Positions 1 to 7,924 of a DNA stretch of 64,000 nt are shown here, in pieces. The first letter of the stretch is position 1, and each line of letters starts with the position of its first letter. The DNA is taken from contig CAVZMH010000013.1 of the NCBI GenBank assembly GCA_963776345.1, positions 1 through 64,000 of the forward strand. Direction: 5' to 3'. The notes beneath the pieces are model-generated. The model did not search any database. It had not been told where the DNA came from and saw only the letters and a program-made list of their open reading frames with translations. The position numbers and the translations under genes were made by a program. The stretch comes from an uncultured delta proteobacterium (lineage in GTDB: Bacteria > Myxococcota > Myxococcia > Myxococcales > Myxococcaceae).

Positions 1-1322
1 CTGGTCCCTGTCGACCAACGCCTCGGGCGGGTCGATCAACGCCAGCACCGGCGCCTACACCGCTGGCGCGACGGCGAGCGTCACCGACGTGGTCCGGGTG
101 GTCGACTCGCTCGGCAACGCTGCCACCCAGAACGTGGCCGTCGGGTCAGGGATCTCCATCTCGGGAATGACGACCATCGCTCCTCGCGGGTCGGCGACCT
201 TCACCGCCAGCGGAGGCAGCGGGGCCGGCTTCACCTGGTCGCTCTCGACCAACGCCTCGGGCGGGTCCATCAACGCCAGCACCGGAGCCTACACCGCCGG
301 CGCGACGGCGAACGTCACCGACGTGGTCCGGGTCGTCGACTCGCTCGGCAACGCTGCCACCCGCAACGTCGCCGTCGGACCGGGCGTCTCCATCTCCGGC
401 GTGGGCACCATCGCGTCCGCGCGGGCCGCGACCTTCACCGCCAGCGGCGGGAGCGGGACCGGCTTCACCTGGTCGCTCTCGACCAACGCCTCGGGCGGAT
501 CCATCAATGCCAGCACCGGCGCCTACACCGCCGGCGCGACGGCCAGCGTCACCGACGTGGTCCGGGTCGTCGACTCGCTCGGCAACGCCGCCACCCAGAA
601 CGTGGCGGTCGGGGCAGGCGTCTCCATCTCCGGCGTCGCCACCATCGCGCCGCGTGGGGCGGCGACCTTCACCGCCAGCGGAGGGAGTGGCGCCGGCTTC
701 ACCTGGTCGCTGTCGACCAACGCCTCGGGCGGGTCGATCAACGCCAGCACCGGCGCCTACACCGCGGGCGCCACCCCGAGCGTCACCGACGTGGTCCGGG
801 TCGTCGACTCGCTCGGCAATGCCGCGACCCAGAACGTGACGGTCGGGCCGGGCGTCTCCATCTCCGGGGTGACGACGATCGCTCCGCGCGGGTCGGCGAC
901 CTTCACCGCCAGCGGCGGCAGCGGCGCCGGCTTCACCTGGTCGCTCTCGACCAACGCCTCGGGCGGGTCCATCAACGCCAGCACCGGCGCCTACACCGCG
1001 GGCGCCAACCCCAGCGTCACCGACGTGGTCCGGGTCGTCGACTCGCTCGGCAACGCTGCCACCCAGAACGTGGCGGTCGGGCCAGGGGTCTCCATCAGCG
1101 GTCCGGCGACGGTCCCGGTCTCGACTTCGGCGACCTTCACCGCCACCGGCGGGAGCGGGACCGGCTTCACCTGGTCGCTCGTCGACCAACGCCTCGGGCG
1201 GGTCGATCGATGCCAGCACCGGCGCCTACACCGCCGGCGCCACCCCCAGCGTCACCGACGTCGTGAGCGTCCAGGACTCCCTGGGGAATGCCGCCACCAC
1301 CCCTGTGTCCGTGACGCCCTGA
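1..1322 (+). CDS. C-terminal part of a large Ser/Thr/Gly/Ala-rich repeat protein (78-aa beta-rich, Ig-like repeats; probable surface protein or adhesin); 5' end outside window; +1 frameshift near 1180
   Basis: Frame is open from position 2 and repeats WSLSTNASGGSINASTGAYTAG...VTDVVRVVDSLGNAATQNV. The last unit reads tcgctcgtcgacc where the others read tcgctctcgacc or tcgctgtcgacc (one extra base). The corrected frame ends VSVTP-TGA at 1320-1322. Confidence 0.8.
2..1300 (+). repeat. Tandem 234-bp coding repeat, 5 full units plus a partial sixth
   Basis: Units start at 2, 236, 470, 704, 938 and 1172 (tggtc(c/g)ct...). Many of the differences are at third codon positions. Confidence 0.95.
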
Positions 1323-1323
1323 G

Positions 1324-1360
1324 CGAGACCGCCGGGTCTCTGCCCGGAGTGCCGGCAGAG
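1324..1360. terminator. GC-rich stem-loops between the repeat-protein stop and the distal att copy
   Basis: gagacc-gccg-ggtctc and an overlapping ctctgcc...ggcagag inverted repeat; no U-tract. Confidence 0.35.
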
Positions 1361-1388
1361 GACGGAGCGGCTCTCGGGCGCTTCGACT

Positions 1389-1431
1389 GAGCGGGAGACG
1401 GGGGTCGAACCCGCGACCCTCGGCTTGGGAA
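1389..1431 (-). repeat. att site (distal copy): 43-bp duplicate of the 3' half of tRNA-Gly(CCC)
   Basis: gagcgggagacgggggtcgaacccgcgaccctcggcttgggaa is identical to 33429-33471 and stops exactly at the anticodon loop. Identity with the middle copy extends to 55 bp (1377-1431 = 16680-16734). Confidence 0.95.
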
Positions 1432-1532
1432 TTGGCTCTCCGAGCCTCCAGGTGCGTCCCGGGGTGTCCAACGCCGCGAATTCTCTCCGGGGCGCTGGAG
1501 CCGTTGGACGCCCTGAGAGTGCTTGGACGGGC

Positions 1533-1564
1533 TCCCGCACGGCGCCCGCACGGCAGAAACCGAT
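1533..1564 (+). promoter_or_regulatory. Paired direct repeat (CACGGC, 11-bp spacing), candidate arm-type integrase site of element B
   Basis: tcccgcacggcgcccgcacggcagaaaccgat matches tcccgcacggcagattcacggcagaccgat at 16597-16626, the other end of the same element. Confidence 0.65.
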
Positions 1565-1751
1565 GGCCTTGGGTCTTGTCCGCGGTCCGGCGCTGCTGAC
1601 GGTCCGCGAGGCGGCCGAGCTGCTCCGGGTGCGCCCGGTGACGGTCTACCGGCTCTGCGCCCGCGGCGCCCTGCCCCACTCCCGTGTGTCGAATGCCATC
1701 CGGATCCGCACCGAGGACCTCGAGCGGCTCCTGATCGGAGGCGAGAGGTAG
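1563..1751 (+). CDS. Excisionase-like helix-turn-helix (HTH_17/MerR-like) domain; frame is open upstream across the att core
   Basis: LLTVREAAELLRVRPVTVYRLCARGALPHSRVSNAIRIRTEDLERLL; nearly identical to the protein at 16940-17095. Confidence 0.8.
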   Translation: MALGLVRGPALLTVREAAELLRVRPVTVYRLCARGALPHSRVSNAIRIRTEDLERLLIGGER

Positions 1752-1966
1752 ACAGTGGCGCTGATGCCTCCAGGAGGTCCGGATCAGGCCCACGGTGCGA
1801 AGAAGCCGGCAATCCCCATGGGCCGGGGAACGGCGTCGTTCCTCCGGCCGCCACGCGCTTCCGGCGAGGCTTCAGCGGAAACCGGCCGGTCGGCGGCCGC
1901 TCGCTCCGGAGGGGAAGAGCGCCCATGAGCTGGCCTGCGAGGCGGCACCGAGAGCCGTCCAGAGCT

Positions 1967-3043
1967 TCACACCCGAAGCTTTTCCAACTCGCCGACTAGC
2001 CCGTCGATGGTCTTCATCGAGAAGACCTGGGTGCCCCAGCGCTCCAGCACCTCCCGGGCCTGAAGCCGTTCGCGCATCCGATTGTCGGTCACCACGTAGT
2101 GCGCGACGGGGATCGCCTTGGAGAGGAAGGCAACGTCCTGCGAATCGCTCTCCTTGACCGGTTCATCGCCAGTCATGAGATCCGCGAGCAGGGCGGAGGT
2201 CACCTGCACGCAGGGGAGCGCACGATGATGGCCCGAGCGGAAGAACTCCCGCATTGCCTCCGGCGACGTCGGCTCCCCCGCGGCTACCTTCCAGACCTGC
2301 CACCAGTAGTTGACCCACGGGTGGTTCGGAAACAGGTCTTGAAAGAGCTGCTCGACGTCGCGCTGCGTTGGAGAAATCGCCCAGACCTGCTCGAGCCATT
2401 CCCGCTTCCTGGCGATCGCGGCGTCTACCATCTTGGCATGCGCCCCGAGCTCGAGCTCGAGCTGCTCGGTGTAGCGGGTGCCACGGGCGCGCGTCGCAAG
2501 CCGGACGGCCTCGGTGTTCGCTCGCGCAGCTTGCCGGACTTCCTCCTTGAGCTGGGCCAGAGCCTGTGAGTCGTCGATGTCGGCCCAGATCACCAAGCCC
2601 AGCCGCTCGGTCTGTCGCAGGTGCGCCATCGGGTTACCGCCGAAGAAGACCGCGGTGGGAAGGGAGAAGGAGGGCTCGCCCCGAACGTAGGCCTTCATCG
2701 CCTCGAAGAGCTCGGCGTCCTCGACATGGGCCTCGGGCTCGAGGCTGACTCCTTGTGACAGCTGGGCCCACTTCCTCGCGCACTCCTTCCCGAGCGAAAA
2801 GCGGACGTACTCCTCGCGATGGCCCGCCTGAGGGCAGAGCAGCCTCTCGACCCTCACCAGGTCGAAGACGAGCAGCTGCAACCTCTCCAGCCGTGCCCGG
2901 TGCCGCGGATCGACGATCTTCTGCTGATCCAGCTTCACCAGGTCGCTCACGACCGAGGTGTCGAGCCAGAGCGTCGTCAACGGCGTGCGCTCGACCATCA
3001 CCCGGATCCCGTTCCCGATCGTCTCGGCCATCATGGACGCCAC
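1967..3043 (-). CDS. Hypothetical protein with PIN-like motifs
   Basis: 358-aa ORF with natural composition. N-terminal LWLDTSVV and C-terminal SDSQDVAFLSKAIPVAHYVVTDN resemble the acidic PIN motifs. Start uncertain (3043, 3033 or 2997). Confidence 0.6.
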   Translation of the reverse strand: MASMMAETIGNGIRVMVERTPLTTLWLDTSVVSDLVKLDQQKIVDPRHRARLERLQLLVFDLVRVERLLCPQAGHREEYVRFSLGKECARKWAQLSQGVSLEPEAHVEDAELFEAMKAYVRGEPSFSLPTAVFFGGNPMAHLRQTERLGLVIWADIDDSQALAQLKEEVRQAARANTEAVRLATRARGTRYTEQLELELGAHAKMVDAAIARKREWLEQVWAISPTQRDVEQLFQDLFPNHPWVNYWWQVWKVAAGEPTSPEAMREFFRSGHHRALPCVQVTSALLADLMTGDEPVKESDSQDVAFLSKAIPVAHYVVTDNRMRERLQAREVLERWGTQVFSMKTIDGLVGELEKLRV

Positions 3044-3339
3044 TTCCTGGCCAGGACTCTATGCGAGCCTCGGTGCCGGTGCCGTTCGCTACGCTGAAGA
3101 AGGCCGGACTGCTGGCGAACCGCTACGTCTTGACCTTCGTCGTTGCCCCGCCGGCAGAGCCGTCGCTCGCTCTCGGCGCTTTCTTGTACGGCCTGTGGGG
3201 CCCCTGCACCTTCCTCCGACCTCGCGGTCGACGCGGCGTCCTACTGCGCCATCTCCTCCTCGAGGCGCTTGAACGAGAACGTGCGCTCGATGCCGCTGGT
3301 GGCGTCCAGCTTCTGGAAGATCACCTGGATGTCTTCGTG

Positions 3340-3606
3340 AGACCAGCACAGGCCCGAACCATCCCCGTGAGCTCGGCCTTTTCCGGCTATCCCGTTGGGA
3401 TCGATCCCCAAACCGGTCCTCCTTACGAGCTGTGGTTCGGCCACCGAAGGCTCGGCTGGATTAACCTCGAGGCCGAACCGCCGACCATCACTGCCTCGCC
3501 AGCTGCACTTGTAGAACCCGAAGAACACCCCAAAGGAGATGCAGATTCGCTGACCAACCCGTCCCTCGAAGTCCCCTGAGCCCACACCGATCTGTTACCC
3601 ATGTCT
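3340..3606 (+). pseudogene. IS481-family transposase C-terminal remnant with an end-like motif
   Basis: IPVSSAFSGYPVGIDPQTGPPYELWFGHRRLGWINL resembles the IS481 C-terminal segment. Stop at 3577-3579 is followed by tgttacccatgt, typical of IS481-type ends. Recognised by eye. Confidence 0.5.
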
Positions 3607-3612
3607 TGTCCC

Positions 3613-3682
3613 CACCCCCGAGTTTCCCGTCCACGCCCTCAGTTCAGTGGTTGCGAGGGCGTGGACGGGAAACTCGGGGGTG
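3613..3682. repeat. Perfect 28-bp inverted repeat with 14-nt loop
   Basis: cacccccgagtttcccgtccacgccctc (3613-3640) and gagggcgtggacgggaaactcgggggtg (3655-3682). Confidence 0.95.
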
Positions 3683-3886
3683 CTCCCGGTGCTGGGCACG
3701 AAACGGCTGGGCGAGGGCGCAAGGCCGTGAAACGCCCGATAGCGGCCGTCTGAATCCGCCCGCACTTCCGCTCCGGAAGTGGCCCGGGAGCACGCCCGAT
3801 CCGGGAGCGCATTCTCGGGCGCATTTGCGGGCGAGTTGGAGAGCCATTTCGAGGCTCGAAAGGGCGATCCCGCAATCGATTGCGGG
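3613..3886. other. Conserved non-coding block shared with element A (inverted copy at 28415-28641); candidate oriT/origin; ends in the 18-bp palindrome cccgcaatcgattgcggg
   Basis: Collinear similarity to the reverse complement of 28415-28641 (for example gggcgagggcg, tgaatccgccc, cgcccgatccgggagcg, gagagcca, and the palindrome). Confidence 0.6.
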
Positions 3887-4049
3887 GCCGAGAATCTCGG
3901 GATGAACCGGACGAGGGCCCCGCGCACCGTCCAGCGCAGTTGACGAGCACCTCGGCGATGGCCCGGGTGGGAAGCGCCGAGAGGTCGTCGGCCTGGTTCA
4001 GGGACCTGGCTTGCGGTCCGTGTGATTTGCGGAGTAGACACCCGCCCCG

Positions 4050-4457
4050 ATGCGCGCGGCGAGTGCAACGCAACGTGCCCCGAAGGCCGTCCTGCTGACG
4101 GCGCTCGTGCTCCTCGTCCTGCACCTGGTGCAGCTCGGGCACCTGGTTCTCGGCCGGCACGGCATCTGCCCCGAGCACGGCGAGATGATCGAGCTGGGCG
4201 CTCCGGCATCCGAGCCATGGACTGCCGATTCGCCGGGACCCGGAGATGCGCTGGTCACGGACGGCGCTCAACCCGCCGACCACGCCCACTGCCCTGTCCT
4301 CTACGGACGCCGGGACGCGATCGTGCGGACCGGACCGGTGGTGCGGATCCTGGCGCTTCACCCGCTTCCGTCGAGCGTCGCGACGCCGATTGTCTGGCCG
4401 CCCGATTTCTCCGGCCGGCTCGGCGTCGCACCCAAGCAGTCACCTCCGGCGGCGTAG
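4050..4457 (+). CDS. Small His/Cys-rich protein with signal/TM segment and C-terminal APKQSPP (DUF2946-like leader protein)
   Basis: Hydrophobic N-terminus, HxxCxEHGE and DHAHC motifs, Pro-Pro C-terminus; located upstream of a TonB operon. Confidence 0.65.
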   Translation: MRAASATQRAPKAVLLTALVLLVLHLVQLGHLVLGRHGICPEHGEMIELGAPASEPWTADSPGPGDALVTDGAQPADHAHCPVLYGRRDAIVRTGPVVRILALHPLPSSVATPIVWPPDFSGRLGVAPKQSPPAA

Positions 4458-4623
4458 CGCCGCCGATCCGCTGACGCAGACGCTCGCCCCGGGTCGACTC
4501 CCGTCCGGGTGAGGGTCCGTGGCGCCATTGGACCGTCGCGGCGCATCGCCTGCTGTGCCTGGCCAGAGAAGCAGGCCTGGCAACTCGGTCCCTTGAACCC
4601 ACTCACTTTCAGAGGTGTCCCTC

Positions 4624-5880
4624 ATGCTTCGTCTCGTCATTCTCGGTTCGGGCGTTGCGCTGGTCGCGCTCGCCGGCTGTGGAAGTAGCTCTGGCAACCC
4701 CGACGGAGGCACGGACGGGGGCGTCACCCGAGCCTTCACTCCTCCCTTCACTCCCAACTCGCAGCAGCTCGACAAGTCCATCCGGGTGACCTTTTCCGGA
4801 GAAACGTTCGGGGTCGACGGGTTGCCGTATCCCGGAAACTGCAACGGCGGGCCGGACGCCTTGTTCTTCGTCGACGGCTGGAGCGTCAGCTTCGACGAGT
4901 ACCTGGTCGTGGTGGACAACATCCGGCTGAACGCCACGGCCGGGAACGCGATCCAGACCGACGTGGGTTCGCTGGTGGCGAGCTCCACGGGCGGACCCTG
5001 GATCCTCGACATGCACAAACCCTCCGGGTTCGTCGGAGCGGATGGCGAGGAACCGGCCGGAGCGCTCTACCTCTTCACGGGTCCTAACGGCGGCGGGAGC
5101 TTCGATCCGGCCGTCAAGTACGCGTTCACCTACGACGTGGTCCAGGCCAAGGCCGGCATGGTCAACGTGAACCTCTTCGACTCCCAGGTGAGCAACGAGG
5201 TCGCCCAGATGATCAGCAAGGGCTGGAGCAAATTCGTGAAGGGCAAAGCGGTCTTCGCCGGAACCGCAGGCTACCCGGGTGATGCGACGCTCGACGCCAA
5301 GTTCAAGGCTTTTCCCCAGACGGTCTATTTCAGCTTCGGCTGGGACGATCACGACAGCGCCATCAACTGCAACAACCCCGACTTCAACCTTCCCGAGGAC
5401 GATCCAGCGGGTCGGGGCGTCCAGGTCACTCCCACCGGCGCGGTCTACGCGCAGGTCACCCTGCACACCGACCACATCTTCTGGGACCAGCTGATCATCC
5501 ACGGCACTCCGCTGCACTTCGACCAGATCGCCGTCTGGGCCACTGCTGCCAACTCCAACCCGAGCACCCCGCTGGCGATCGACCAGGTTCTCGGGAAGCC
5601 GCTGGCAGCGACCTTCGCCGACGGCACGCCGCTGCCTGACCGGGGGCCCACGCAACCGACGGCCGCCTGCTACGACAGCTCGTTCCAGCCCAACCCGGCG
5701 CAGCTGACCTTCCATCTCTCGGGAAGCGCGGGATCGGTTCCTTCCTCGGTGGTGAAGAACCTGGCTGACTTCATGGCCTTCAGCGGCCAGTCGCAGATGC
5801 ACCTGAACGCCGACGGCCTCTGTTACAACACCGGCCAGCACGCCAGCGATCCGTTCTACGTCCCGGGTCTTCCGAAGTAG
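4624..5880 (+). CDS. Lipoprotein, first gene of the TonB-dependent uptake operon
   Basis: Lipobox LAGC after a hydrophobic signal; coding-like composition; His/Cys motifs (LHTDHIFWD, QMHLNADGLC). Alternative start at 4615. Confidence 0.8.
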   Translation: MLRLVILGSGVALVALAGCGSSSGNPDGGTDGGVTRAFTPPFTPNSQQLDKSIRVTFSGETFGVDGLPYPGNCNGGPDALFFVDGWSVSFDEYLVVVDNIRLNATAGNAIQTDVGSLVASSTGGPWILDMHKPSGFVGADGEEPAGALYLFTGPNGGGSFDPAVKYAFTYDVVQAKAGMVNVNLFDSQVSNEVAQMISKGWSKFVKGKAVFAGTAGYPGDATLDAKFKAFPQTVYFSFGWDDHDSAINCNNPDFNLPEDDPAGRGVQVTPTGAVYAQVTLHTDHIFWDQLIIHGTPLHFDQIAVWATAANSNPSTPLAIDQVLGKPLAATFADGTPLPDRGPTQPTAACYDSSFQPNPAQLTFHLSGSAGSVPSSVVKNLADFMAFSGQSQMHLNADGLCYNTGQHASDPFYVPGLPK

Positions 5881-5893
5881 TCGCGTGCACTCC

Positions 5894-5925
5894 GGACGGC
5901 CGACTTCCTCAGTGGTCGGCCGTCC
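5894..5925. terminator. Intercistronic stem-loop (11-bp stem)
   Basis: ggacggccgac-ttcctcagtg-gtcggccgtcc just after the lipoprotein stop; no U-tract. Confidence 0.45.
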
Positions 5926-5991
5926 TCGCCCGAGAGCCCAGGTCGCTGCGAGGCCCCGAGCGCTCGAACGTTTCCCGATGCAAGGACCGAT

Positions 5992-6686
5992 ATGTCCCTG
6001 ACCGAGCACCTCAAGCACGTCCTGCTGGACCTTCACGCGTCCTGGGTGATGTGGATCCTCATCGTCCTCTCTCTGGCCAGCGTCCTGGTCACCGTGGAGA
6101 GGGCGCTCTTCTTCCGGAGCATCCGGGACGACATCCGCGGGCTCTCCGGTGAGCTCGACGGGCTCCTCCGGGCGGGCCGCCATCGAGAGGCGCTCGAGCG
6201 GCTGAGCCGCTCTCCCTCCGCCGAGGCTGCGGCTGCCGCCGCGGGCCTGCGAAGCGCGGACCTGGGCCCGGTCGCTGCGGAGAAGGCCGTGGCCGGTGCG
6301 CTGGCTCTGGAACGGAGCCGGATGGAACGCGGGCTGGCCTTCCTCGGGACGCTGGGGAACAACGCCCCCTTCATCGGGCTGCTGGGCACGGTCATCGGCA
6401 TCGTGGAGGCCTTCGACGTGCTTGGACGTCCCGAGGCGCTCTCCGCGACGGGCTCGCTGGCCCCGCAGGGGATCATGAGCAGCATCGCCGAGGCCCTGGT
6501 GGCGACGGCGGTCGGCCTCTTCGTGGCCATTCCCGCGGTCGCAGCCTTCAACTACTTCCAGCGTCGCATCGCCACCATCATGGCCAGGAGCGAGGCGCTG
6601 ACCAACGTGGTCCTGGCCCACCTCAATGCGGAGGCTCCTCCCGGCACGGCGAACGTCGAGGTCCGTCCGGCCGCGCGGAGGGTCGA

Positions 6687-6690
<4 letters not shown>
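5992..6690 (+). CDS. exbB: MotA/TolQ/ExbB proton channel family protein
   Basis: LGTLGNNAPFIGLLGTVIGI and IAEALVATAVGLFVAIPAV motifs. Confidence 0.92.
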
Positions 6691-7114
<424 letters not shown>

Positions 7115-7118
<4 letters not shown>

Positions 7119-7924
7119 GCGCTCGCCCTCGGCGGCGAAGGAACCTGCTCCACCGGGTGGTCCTGCTCCCGGGGCCGCCTGGGGCCGCATACGAGGCCGC
7201 GGAGGCGCTCGGCAGCGCCGAGCTCCGCAGACGGGTAGGTCTCGCCCTGGCGGGAACGCTGCTCTTCCACGCAGGCCTGGCCGGTCTGGCCGTCTGGGGC
7301 GACATCGCCCACGACAGGCGGCCCCCGCCGCCGACCACCACCACGGCGGTGACGCTGGAGCGGATCCCGCCGGCTCCGGAGCCGGCCCGGGAGTCCCCGC
7401 CACCGCCACCTCCTCCCGCTCGCCCGATCCATCGGGCACCACCGGCGGCGGCAAGGGCCGGACGGGTGGTGACCGCGCCGGAGGATCCGAACAAGCCGCT
7501 GGATCTCACGCAGTTCGACATGCCGGTGGGGAAGAGCGAAAGCTATGCCGGTGGCTTCACCGCGCCCAGCGGGACCAGCCAGGTGGCGGTGAACGATCCT
7601 CGAGCCCGACCGCATGGGGTGGTCGGCGGGACTCCGGGCGGAAGTCTGGCCCGTCCAGCCACCCCCGCGCGGCGAGACTGGGCCTGTCCCTGGCCGGACG
7701 AGGAGCAATCGTCCGATCTTCGCGAGACGCGGGTCTCGGTCCGTATCCAGGTGGATCGCGACGGGGCCGCACAGAACATCGAGGTGCTGCAGAGCCCCAC
7801 TCCGGCCTTCGCGGTGGCTGCCCGGGTCTGCGCTCGATCCGAACGGTTCTCTCAGGCGCGTGACGATGCCGGGCAGTCCATTCCCGGAACGATTCCCTCG
7901 CTGTCCATCCACTTCGTTCGATGA
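7115..7924 (+). CDS. tonB: Energy transducer TonB-like protein
   Basis: TM helix with conserved His (LLFHAGL), Pro-rich linker and TonB_C-like C-terminus; ATGA overlap with exbD. Confidence 0.75.

Noticed and set aside
1..1300. Regular repeats as a CRISPR array
   Set aside because: Units are 234 bp, contiguous, in frame and protein-coding, with no unique spacers and no cas genes.
3089..3340. Short ORFs between the PIN-like gene and the IS remnant as an antitoxin
   Set aside because: Only a possible C-terminal gene fragment (ending 3241) without a credible start; not enough support.
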